DNA from: Bacillus subtilis subsp. subtilis str. 168
Lineage (GTDB): Bacteria > Bacillota > Bacilli > Bacillales > Bacillaceae
DNA: 32,000 nucleotides
NCBI RefSeq assembly: GCF_000009045.1
Contig: NC_000964.3
Location: forward strand, 3,750,001 to 3,782,000
Direction of reading: 5' to 3'
Position 1 is the stretch's first letter; every line of letters begins with the position of its first letter. Shown here piece by piece: positions 9,592 to 16,713 of this stretch. Both the position numbers and the translations under genes were made by a program. The notes under the pieces were generated by a model. The model was not told the origin of the DNA. It saw only the letters and a list, made by a program, of their open reading frames with translations, and did not search any database.

Positions 9592-9634
9592 GACATAACC
9601 TCCTTTATAACGTACGTGCCTACATGTAACTACA

Positions 9635-9663
9635 TAGACGGTAAAACAAAGCAAAAAGTAACA
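9635..9663 (-). promoter_or_regulatory. Candidate ECF-sigma promoter of ywnJ
   Basis: On the minus strand TGTTAC, then 17 nt, then CGTCTA. It sits between the spoIIQ terminator and the ywnJ RBS. Confidence 0.45.
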
Positions 9664-9697
9664 GAAAAAAACGCCCATCACAAGGATAGACGTTTTC
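9664..9697 (-). terminator. Rho-independent terminator of spoIIQ
   Basis: On the minus strand the stem aaaacgtc/ggcgtttt (one G-U pair) is followed by a T7 run, just after the spoIIQ stop codon. Confidence 0.6.
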
Positions 9698-9701
9698 TTC
9701 A

Positions 9702-10553
9702 TTAAGACTGTTCAGTGTCTTCTGTTGTGCTGCTTTCTTTAGAACCAGATTTGTCAGTTGAATCATCCTTTTTCTCACCGGATTTTTCTTCTGTTCCTTT
9801 TTCAGTTGATCCGTCCTTTTTCTCGGAAGATTGCTGAATGGATTCTTCTGTTTCTTGGGTGGCAGCTTTTTCAATAGAAGAAACTGGTTTGTCCATAAAG
9901 TTTAACGGATTCATTGCAACCCCATCTTTACGGATTTCAAAGTGCACGTGGTTTCCGCTGTCTTCACTGTAAAGGTTCTTGCCAGATTTTCCGATCACTT
10001 GATTTTGTTTTACTTTGTCACCTTGCTCTACGCTTACTTCGGAAAGAGATTGATACACAGTCGATAAACCGTCGGCATGTTCTACTTCCACAACATATCC
10101 CAGCACTGGATCTTTTTCAGCTTTAACAACCGTACCGCTCAGAGAAGCAGAGACATCGAAATCTTTTCCGTCTTTCTCAGCTAAGTCAATTCCTTTGCTT
10201 AGGCTGTACGTGTTATTATAGGTAACGAGTGCTGCTTCTTTCTCTTCTTTTGCGGCATCGGTTTCATAGAACTTTTTCACAACAGAAACGTTTTCAGAAT
10301 CAACAACCGGCATTGCGACATTTTCCATTGACTTTCCTACTTCAACTGCATCGTCGTTGTTGTCATATGCGGAGTTTCCGCCGTTATCAGCCAACTGATC
10401 CTTTACCTCATCATTTGATACTGATTGATACCAAAGGACAGCTGTTAAAATGACGGCCGCACTGACTAAGTAAATTGCAGGGAACACCCAGCGTTTACGA
10501 AAAAACTGCTGAAGTTTTTTGACTTGAGAAGTTTTCTTTTCTTCCTCTCTCAT
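9702..10553 (-). CDS. spoIIQ: Forespore membrane protein SpoIIQ (degenerate LytM/M23 domain)
   Basis: 283 aa with an N-terminal TM segment. The LytM core reads SKGIDLA where HxGxD is expected, and HVHFEIR is retained. The tail is acidic and Ser/Lys-rich. RBS gaggtga. Confidence 0.9.
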   Translation of the reverse strand: MREEEKKTSQVKKLQQFFRKRWVFPAIYLVSAAVILTAVLWYQSVSNDEVKDQLADNGGNSAYDNNDDAVEVGKSMENVAMPVVDSENVSVVKKFYETDAAKEEKEAALVTYNNTYSLSKGIDLAEKDGKDFDVSASLSGTVVKAEKDPVLGYVVEVEHADGLSTVYQSLSEVSVEQGDKVKQNQVIGKSGKNLYSEDSGNHVHFEIRKDGVAMNPLNFMDKPVSSIEKAATQETEESIQQSSEKKDGSTEKGTEEKSGEKKDDSTDKSGSKESSTTEDTEQS

Positions 10554-10572
10554 TGTTTCATCACCTCAGCAA

Positions 10573-10602
10573 CATTCTGAACACTTTTCTGAAAATATAT
10601 AC
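10573..10602 (-). promoter_or_regulatory. Candidate sigmaF-type promoter of spoIIQ
   Basis: On the minus strand GTATA, then 15 nt, then GTTCAGAATG, resembling the forespore sigma consensus GYATA-N15-GGnnAnAnT. Confidence 0.45.
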
Positions 10603-10687
10603 AACCTATCCAAAAAAACTTTTTTAGATGTAGTTTGCACAGACTGAACGAAAATATGTATTTTTTTGAGAGGAGTGCCAAAAACGT

Positions 10688-11185
10688 ATGAACATGACAT
10701 TGCGTCTTGCTGAACATAGAGACTTGGAGGCTGTTGTGGCGATTTATAATTCAACGATTGCTTCTCGAATGGTAACAGCCGATACCGAACCGGTAACTCC
10801 TGAAGACCGGATGGAATGGTTTTCGGGACATACAGAGTCACGTCCGCTCTATGTGGCCGAGGATGAAAACGGAAACGTCGCTGCCTGGATCAGCTTTGAA
10901 ACATTTTATGGAAGGCCAGCCTATAATAAAACAGCGGAAGTCAGCATATACATTGACGAAGCATGCCGCGGCAAAGGTGTTGGATCATATTTGCTTCAAG
11001 AAGCGCTCCGCATTGCCCCGAATCTTGGCATCCGCTCACTTATGGCCTTCATTTTCGGGCATAATAAACCAAGCCTGAAGCTGTTTGAAAAGCACGGGTT
11101 TGCAGAATGGGGACTATTCCCCGGCATCGCCGAAATGGACGGGAAAAGATACGATTTAAAAATTTTAGGGAGAGAGCTTTCATGA
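10688..11185 (+). CDS. ywnH: GNAT N-acetyltransferase (phosphinothricin acetyltransferase-like)
   Basis: 165-aa GNAT fold (RGKGVGSYLL acetyl-CoA loop). aggag lies 12 nt upstream. An alternative start is the ATG at 10694. Confidence 0.85.
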   Translation: MNMTLRLAEHRDLEAVVAIYNSTIASRMVTADTEPVTPEDRMEWFSGHTESRPLYVAEDENGNVAAWISFETFYGRPAYNKTAEVSIYIDEACRGKGVGSYLLQEALRIAPNLGIRSLMAFIFGHNKPSLKLFEKHGFAEWGLFPGIAEMDGKRYDLKILGRELS

Positions 11186-11700
11186 TTAGTCTGGATAAAG
11201 ATGAAAACGAAATTGAACATCATAATGAAGAAAATAGCCTTGTTGAACAGGAGACTGCACCTGTTGGACAGGAGAGCCGCCAGCTGAGCGCCTCCGCTGT
11301 CAAGTCGCTATCCGACATTGCCAAGTGGGGCAAAATTTCTGGCATCTTGTTAATCATTATGGGATCGCTTGTCACTCTGTCTGTTTTGATGACAGTGATT
11401 GGCGCCATCCCGGGCGTACTGCTCATTATTTCAGGCGTATTTTTGATGCGCTCAGCAAAAGCAGCCGCGGAAGCCGAAGGAAATCTAACCGGCAGCGCTG
11501 GCGAAAGCATGCTTGAAAATTACGGGACATTTATAAAAATGCAGCTGTTTTATGCAGCATCCAGTATCGTTACTGTCCTGATCGGGATCATTGTAGCCAT
11601 TTTCGTGCTGGTGGTAATCGGCATTGCTGCTTTTGAGAACACGCCTTCGTATGATGATCCGGATTCTTATTATTATGAGGATGATCCGGTGTTTGAATAA
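11182..11700 (+). CDS. ywnG: Membrane protein with acidic N- and C-termini, paralog of YwnC
   Basis: The ATG at 11182 overlaps the ywnH TGA (ATGA). The 172-aa product has a core (KWGK...GAIPGVLLIISGVFLMRSA...MLENY..F.KMQ) shared with ywnC. Confidence 0.8.
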   Translation: MISLDKDENEIEHHNEENSLVEQETAPVGQESRQLSASAVKSLSDIAKWGKISGILLIIMGSLVTLSVLMTVIGAIPGVLLIISGVFLMRSAKAAAEAEGNLTGSAGESMLENYGTFIKMQLFYAASSIVTVLIGIIVAIFVLVVIGIAAFENTPSYDDPDSYYYEDDPVFE

Positions 11701-11716
11701 TGATGAGACAGGACAG

Positions 11717-11757
11717 GGCATGAGTTCCATATAAACGGAACCATGCCTATTTTATTT
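11717..11757 (+). terminator. Rho-independent terminator of ywnH-ywnG
   Basis: Stem ggcatgagttcc/ggaaccatgcc with one bulge, followed by tattttattt. Confidence 0.75.
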
Positions 11758-11930
11758 GACTATTCAAAGCAGGCCGGCGTAAACACCAAATCCTGAAGCA
11801 AGCATACAATAGACATCTCTAGTAGAGGAAATCAACAAAGCAACGCTGTTACCCAGAAATGAATATCAAAAAAACGGATGAAGTCGGAATCAATCCGAAA
11901 CCGCACTTTTTATTTCGGGTGTCTGCATGC

Positions 11931-11976
11931 AAAAAAACACACCCGGATCGTCTGGAAAATCTCAACAATCCGGGTG
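11931..11976 (-). terminator. Rho-independent terminator of ywnF
   Basis: On the minus strand the stem cacccggat...atccgggtg is followed by tgttttttt. Confidence 0.75.
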
Positions 11977-11986
11977 CAGATCTTCT

Positions 11987-12421
11987 TTAATACATTTTTT
12001 TGCGTCTGTCTTCCTCAGTCAAAAATTCAACAAAACTCCGCATCGCAAAAGGCTCTTCCTTTATTTGTCGTGCGTAGGAGCTTTTCCGCTCTTCTGAAAG
12101 GATTTCGCTCTTTTTGATCCTGTTCAGCATATAGATGTGAACCGTTTTTTGGATTTGTTTATGCTGATAGCCTGCCTCTTTAAAAAATGCGAGCCCGAGC
12201 GCCGCCAAAAGGGCGAATATGCCTGCGCTGATCAGGGACTCCCTGTCAGCTGAAGCATGAAATAGAAAAGCAGCTAAATTAAAGAGAGAGAATGCAGCAA
12301 GCGGAATAGCAAGAAAACGGTAAATGACGGTTTTTTTCATGAAAGGCTGTACGGCCTTTTGAATTTTTTGCATTTCTGTTTTGATGAACCCCGGCATTTG
12401 TTCGACTCTGTAAAAGTTCAT
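11987..12421 (-). CDS. ywnF: Small membrane protein of unknown function
   Basis: Start at the ATG at 12421 after agggggagga. The product is 144 aa with two hydrophobic helices. Confidence 0.75.
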   Translation of the reverse strand: MNFYRVEQMPGFIKTEMQKIQKAVQPFMKKTVIYRFLAIPLAAFSLFNLAAFLFHASADRESLISAGIFALLAALGLAFFKEAGYQHKQIQKTVHIYMLNRIKKSEILSEERKSSYARQIKEEPFAMRSFVEFLTEEDRRKKMY

Positions 12422-12552
12422 ATAATCCTCCCCCTTTATTTGATGTTTCAAGCTTCACGAACGTTATCATATGTGTTTATTTTAACGCAGGTGCAAGCTG
12501 GTTTTAAAGAAATCTGCCCGTATTTTTCACGAAGAATCTGGATCGCCGCTCT

Positions 12553-12581
12553 TTATTCTTTTAAAATGTGAGTGTTATAAT
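12553..12581 (+). promoter_or_regulatory. Candidate sigmaA promoter of clsA (extended -10)
   Basis: TGtTATAAT at 12573-12581 with a weak -35 (TTATTC) 17 nt upstream. Confidence 0.4.
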
Positions 12582-12663
12582 TTGTAATGGGAATCAGATC
12601 ACTGTTATTCATGGAATACTAATGGCAATCTTCTTGATAAATATGAATGAGCGGGGTTACAAA

Positions 12664-14112
12664 GTGAGTATTTCTTCCATCCTTTTATCACTTTTTTTCA
12701 TTTTAAATATTCTTTTGGCCATCATTGTCATCTTCAAAGAACGGCGCGATGCCAGTGCATCTTGGGCGTGGCTGCTTGTTCTTTTCTTTATTCCCGTTTT
12801 AGGCTTTATTTTATACTTATTATTCGGCCATAATCTCAGACGCAAGCATTTGTTTCAATGGGAAGACCGGAAAAAGATTGGAATTGAAAGGCTGCTGAAG
12901 CATCAGCTTGAAGATTTAGAAACCAAGCAATTTCAGTTTAACAACCGGGCAACCTTTGATAACAAAGATTTAATTTATATGCTGATTATGAATAACCATG
13001 CTGTGTTTACAGAGGATAATTCAGTTGACGTCATTACAGATGGACGGGATAAATTTCAGCGGCTGCTGAGTGACATTTCAAAGGCTAAGGATCATATCCA
13101 TTTACAGTATTATATTTATAAAGGCGATGAATTAGGCAAAAAATTGCGGGACGCTCTCATCCAAAAGGCGAAAGAAGGTGTTCAGGTCAGAGTGCTTTAT
13201 GATGAACTCGGGTCCAGAACGCTGAGAAAAAAGTTTTTTAAAGAGCTTCGCGAGGCTGGCGGGCATGTGGAGGTCTTTTTCCCGTCAAAGCTCAGGCCGA
13301 TTAACCTGCGGCTGAATTACCGGAACCATCGAAAGCTTGTGATCATAGACGGTATGACCGGTTATGTCGGAGGCTTTAACGTCGGAGATGAGTATCTAGG
13401 GCTTAATCCGAAATTCGGTTATTGGCGGGATACGCATATCCGGCTGCAAGGAACGGCCGTGCACGCCATCCAAACACGATTCATCCTTGACTGGAACCAA
13501 GCTTCTCATCACCATACGCTGACATATATTCCAAATCACTTTCCTGATTACGGCCCAAAAGGCAACGTCGGGATGCAGATTGTCACAAGCGGCCCTGATT
13601 CGGAATGGGAACAAATTAAAAATGGCTACATCAAAATGATTTCGAACGCCAAGCGTTCCATTTTGATACAAACACCTTATTTTATCCCAGATGCAAGCCT
13701 GCTGGATGCTTTAAGGATCGCTTGCCTTTCGGGCATTGACGTTAACATTATGATTCCGAACAAGCCCGATCACGCCTTTGTATACTGGGCGACACTTTCG
13801 TATATCGGCGATCTGCTGAAAGCCGGAGCCACTGTCTATATTTACGATAACGGCTTTATTCACGCGAAAACCATCGTGGTGGATGACGAAATCGCTTCAG
13901 TCGGCACAGCGAACATTGATGTCCGAAGCTTCAGGCTGAATTTTGAGGTTAATGCATTTATTTACGATATCACCATTGCTAAAAAACTGGTTTCAACTTT
14001 TAAAGAAGATTTGCTAGTATCCAGAAAATTCACCTATGAGGAGTATCTGCAGCGCCCGTTGTGGATTCGAATAAAAGAATCCGTCTCGCGGCTGTTGTCG
14101 CCGATCTTATAA
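12664..14112 (+). CDS. clsA: Cardiolipin synthase (PLD superfamily, two HKD motifs)
   Basis: A GTG start at 12664 gives 482 aa. The product has two N-terminal TM helices and HKD motifs HRKLVIIDG and HAKTIVVDD. The ORF-track extension from 12568 is rejected. Confidence 0.9.
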   Translation: MSISSILLSLFFILNILLAIIVIFKERRDASASWAWLLVLFFIPVLGFILYLLFGHNLRRKHLFQWEDRKKIGIERLLKHQLEDLETKQFQFNNRATFDNKDLIYMLIMNNHAVFTEDNSVDVITDGRDKFQRLLSDISKAKDHIHLQYYIYKGDELGKKLRDALIQKAKEGVQVRVLYDELGSRTLRKKFFKELREAGGHVEVFFPSKLRPINLRLNYRNHRKLVIIDGMTGYVGGFNVGDEYLGLNPKFGYWRDTHIRLQGTAVHAIQTRFILDWNQASHHHTLTYIPNHFPDYGPKGNVGMQIVTSGPDSEWEQIKNGYIKMISNAKRSILIQTPYFIPDASLLDALRIACLSGIDVNIMIPNKPDHAFVYWATLSYIGDLLKAGATVYIYDNGFIHAKTIVVDDEIASVGTANIDVRSFRLNFEVNAFIYDITIAKKLVSTFKEDLLVSRKFTYEEYLQRPLWIRIKESVSRLLSPIL

Positions 14113-14119
14113 GATGCGT

Positions 14120-14150
14120 AAACCCCCGGCCTTTACGGCCGGGGGTTTTC
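14120..14150. terminator. Bidirectional terminator shared by clsA and mta
   Basis: Perfect 9-bp GC stem cccccggcc/ggccggggg flanked by aaa and tttt. The mta stop codon lies in the loop. Confidence 0.85.
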
Positions 14151-14906
14151 CTGATGGTCACAGTAAATGATGATTGCCTCCCGCAAAAAAGCGGCAAGAC
14201 CTTCTCCATATTGATTGATTGAATCGGTAAATCGCTCGTCAGTGATATACACTTCCCCGAGTCCTCTGAAAATGTCGAGTGTGCAATCGTAATGATATTG
14301 GCAAATATGATCGCGAAATGCCCCCACAGCGGCCTGAATCTCTGCATCATCGGGCCCATGCTTCATTCGCGCCGCAATTCGTCTGTAAATCGAATCAAAT
14401 TCAGCCATGATCGTGCGCCAATCATCTGCCGAGTATGCAGATGTCCTTTTCTCTGTTTCTTCTGCGATTTCCTTTCCATACAGCTTTCTGACTTCATCAG
14501 CGTATGTCTGCTGGTGCTCTTCAATGTCTTTCATGCTTAATCCGGCAAATAAATCCCTCTTATTCATCGTTTCCCCTCCATCAACGGACAAAAGCGTCCT
14601 GTCAATTGTTTGAATCATCTCATCCATTCTTTGTTTTTTCTTCATCAATATCTCCTTTTGCGACTGAAGTGCCGCTTTCCGGTCAAAATTCGGATGATCC
14701 AGCATCTCTTTAATCTCATCCAGACGAAACCCGATTTCCTTGAAAAATAAAATCTGTTGCAGTCTTTCCAGGTCTGCGTCACTGTACAAACGATACCCAG
14801 CATCAGTAAGCGCTGAAGGATTCAGAAGCTCAATATTGTCATAGTGATGAAGCGTCCGAATGCTAACGCCTGATATCTCCGCCACTTGTTTAACTTGATA
14901 TTTCAT
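14133..14906 (-). CDS. mta: MerR-family multidrug-transporter activator
   Basis: The ATG at 14906 follows agaggaggtg. The product has a MerR wHTH (MKYQVKQVAEISGVSIRTLHHYD) and a TipAS-like C-domain, 257 aa in total. Confidence 0.9.
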   Translation of the reverse strand: MKYQVKQVAEISGVSIRTLHHYDNIELLNPSALTDAGYRLYSDADLERLQQILFFKEIGFRLDEIKEMLDHPNFDRKAALQSQKEILMKKKQRMDEMIQTIDRTLLSVDGGETMNKRDLFAGLSMKDIEEHQQTYADEVRKLYGKEIAEETEKRTSAYSADDWRTIMAEFDSIYRRIAARMKHGPDDAEIQAAVGAFRDHICQYHYDCTLDIFRGLGEVYITDERFTDSINQYGEGLAAFLREAIIIYCDHQENPRP

Positions 14907-14927
14907 ACATAACACCTCCTCTTTTTT

Positions 14928-14958
14928 ATCGTAAACAATCACGCAACGTTAGGGTCAA
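14928..14958 (-). promoter_or_regulatory. MerR-type promoter of mta with a 19-bp spacer
   Basis: On the minus strand TTGACC, then 19 nt (ctAACGTTgcgtgattgtt), then TACGAT. The overlong spacer and central AACGTT dyad are typical of MerR-activated promoters. Confidence 0.75.
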
Positions 14959-15050
14959 TCCCCAAAATGTTATTTTCTATATACAAAACTTCTCACAAAT
15001 AGTGTATAAAAGAAAAGTGAGTATTTTTTTGTAAAGGGGAGCCAGTATAC

Positions 15051-15434
15051 ATGAATCCTGAAACAATGAACAAAACCCTCATCAGCATTTCGAAATGGGG
15101 AAAAGCTACAGGCATTTTATTTATTATTATGGGCGCAATTACCGCGCTTTCAGGCGCGTTCTTTTTTCTAATCGGTGCCGTGCCAGGCGTACTGCAAATT
15201 ATTTCCGGTATCTTTTTGATGAGGTCAGCTAGGGAAGCAGGCCAAATGGCTGAACACAATAGCGGACAGTCTGAAGACTTAATGCTGGAGAATTACGCGA
15301 AATTCGTAAAGATGCAAGGGATTTATTTGATCGTAAGCATTGCTGTATCCATTCTTGCGATTATCGCCTTCTTCATCTTTTTAATGCTTGGGATTGCTGA
15401 CGGCCTTTTCAGCGATACGTACAGCACTTATTAA
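15051..15434 (+). CDS. ywnC: Small membrane protein, paralog of YwnG core
   Basis: 127 aa with RBS aagggga. It shares KWGK...GAVPGVLQIISGIFLMRSA...MLENY..F.KMQ with ywnG. Confidence 0.85.
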   Translation: MNPETMNKTLISISKWGKATGILFIIMGAITALSGAFFFLIGAVPGVLQIISGIFLMRSAREAGQMAEHNSGQSEDLMLENYAKFVKMQGIYLIVSIAVSILAIIAFFIFLMLGIADGLFSDTYSTY

Positions 15435-15438
15435 TGAG

Positions 15439-15467
15439 AAAAACCCGGAGCTGGCTCCGGGTTTTTT
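15439..15467. terminator. Bidirectional terminator between ywnC and ywnB
   Basis: Stem aaaaacccggagc/gctccgggttttt, with an A-run on one side and a T-run on the other. Confidence 0.85.
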
Positions 15468-15468
15468 A

Positions 15469-16110
15469 TTATTCCGCTTCGCTTACCACTGTGAAGCGTT
15501 CATTTTTGTGTTCGGGATGTTCAAGCTCGTCCAACACGGCAATGGCATAATCTGCATAGCTGATATAGCTGTCTCCTTTTGCATTTACGATGACATTGTC
15601 TTTTCCTTTTTGGTAAGAGCCAGTCCGTTTTCCTGCTGGATCAAAAAATGCCGCAGGACTGAGGAACGTCCAGGAAATGGAGTCTGTCTGCTGCAAATCT
15701 TTCAGGTTCTCGCCTTGATTTGATGCAGTTGGCAAATATTCTTTCGGAAATTCCGGCGTATCCATTAAACGGGTTGTTTTGGCTTCATCAACAAACAGGC
15801 TTCCCGCTCCGCCAACAACAAGCAATCTTGTGTGCTTCGCGTCCTTTAAAATGCTGATGAGTGCTCTTCCTGCTTCAACATGAAGATGTTCTTGGCCGGG
15901 TGCTGCTCCAAAAGCGTTTACGACCGCGTCGAAAGGCTTGATGTCTTCCGCAGTCAGTTCAAACACATCTTTTTCCAAAATCGCTACGTCTTGCTCCTGC
16001 ACTTTTGAAGCGTTTCTGACGATGGCTGTCACTTCATGGCCTCTTTTTTTCGCTTCTTTCAAAATCTCGTTTCCCGCTTTCCCGCTTGCGCCTATAATAC
16101 CAATTTTCAT
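15469..16110 (-). CDS. ywnB: NAD(P)-binding Rossmann protein (atypical SDR/NmrA-like)
   Basis: 213 aa with N-terminal MKIGIIGASGKAGN (GxxGxxG). RBS aaggagga. Confidence 0.9.
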   Translation of the reverse strand: MKIGIIGASGKAGNEILKEAKKRGHEVTAIVRNASKVQEQDVAILEKDVFELTAEDIKPFDAVVNAFGAAPGQEHLHVEAGRALISILKDAKHTRLLVVGGAGSLFVDEAKTTRLMDTPEFPKEYLPTASNQGENLKDLQQTDSISWTFLSPAAFFDPAGKRTGSYQKGKDNVIVNAKGDSYISYADYAIAVLDELEHPEHKNERFTVVSEAE

Positions 16111-16129
16111 TTTTCATTTCCTCCTTATT

Positions 16130-16148
16130 TGTAACAATTTTAGTTACA
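16130..16148. promoter_or_regulatory. Second copy of the candidate YwnA operator, in front of ywnB
   Basis: TGTAACaatTttaGTTACA has the same 19-nt length and outer arms as the ywnA-promoter palindrome. It lies 20 nt upstream of the ywnB ATG. Confidence 0.45.
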
Positions 16149-16177
16149 TGTTAGCGGTGAGAAGTCATCCCTTTTGA

Positions 16178-16579
16178 TTAAAAGAGATGATTCATAACAT
16201 CTTTTAATGACTTGCTTGCCAGTTCATTTTCCATCGCTCTTTGCACACTTTCAAACGTTTCATCCAGAGCGTTCTGAATTTTTTTCCCTACCGGACATTT
16301 CGGATTCGGGTTTTCATGAACCGCAAAGAGTTCTTCTTGCTTTTGGACAGCCCGGTACACTTCTAAAAGAGAAATATCAGCAGGATCTTTTTTGAGGCTT
16401 GCACCCGGCACCCCGGCGCGTGATGTGAGAATATCAGCTTTTTTCAGCAGGCTGATCATTCTTCGCACAACTACCGGATTCGTGTTGACACTGTCTGCAA
16501 TGATTTCTGAAGATGTTTTTTCATCCATCGAGATGAGGGATAAAATATGAATGGCAACAGCAAGACGGCTGTTAATCAT
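16178..16579 (-). CDS. ywnA: Rrf2-family transcriptional regulator
   Basis: 133 aa with an Rrf2 wHTH (SRLAVAIHILSLIS...SSEIIADSVNTNPVVVRRMISLLKKA). RBS ggtggtga. Confidence 0.9.
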   Translation of the reverse strand: MINSRLAVAIHILSLISMDEKTSSEIIADSVNTNPVVVRRMISLLKKADILTSRAGVPGASLKKDPADISLLEVYRAVQKQEELFAVHENPNPKCPVGKKIQNALDETFESVQRAMENELASKSLKDVMNHLF

Positions 16580-16595
16580 GTTTTTTCACCACCGT

Positions 16596-16631
16596 TGTAA
16601 CTATAATAGTTACATTTGATTCGTTTGTCAA
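16596..16631 (-). promoter_or_regulatory. sigmaA promoter of ywnA overlapped by a perfect 19-bp palindrome (candidate auto-operator)
   Basis: On the minus strand TTGACA (16626-16631), then 17 nt, then TATTAT (16603-16608). The palindrome TGTAACTAT-A-ATAGTTACA (16596-16614) covers the -10 hexamer and part of the spacer. Confidence 0.6.
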
Positions 16632-16684
16632 CATCTAATATACACTAAATACATGGGTTTTGTGCACCGTTTTTAGTCAATAGA

Positions 16685-16707
16685 ACGGCCGGATGCACTC
16701 CGGCCGC
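16685..16707 (-). terminator. Terminator hairpin after ureC
   Basis: 8-bp GC stem cggccgga/tccggccg with a weak T-tract (ttctatt). Confidence 0.55.
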
Positions 16708-16713
16708 GTCTTA

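Noticed and set aside
12568-12663. N-terminal extensions offered by the ORF track (clsA from 12568, ywnJ from 9702, ywmF from 21003, ywoF from 2249, ywoC from 5914, ywnG from 11107, mta from 14942, ureA from 19132, rapB from 22178, ywmD from 25362, ywmA from 30514)
   Set aside because: In each case a downstream start has a clear Shine-Dalgarno sequence at 5-10 nt. The extension either lacks one or crosses a terminator or a neighbouring gene.
16165-16190. AT-rich hairpin tcatccctttt/aaaagagatga overlapping the ywnA stop codon
   Set aside because: No T-tract follows on the minus strand and the stem is weak. It is unlikely to be an efficient terminator between ywnA and ywnB.
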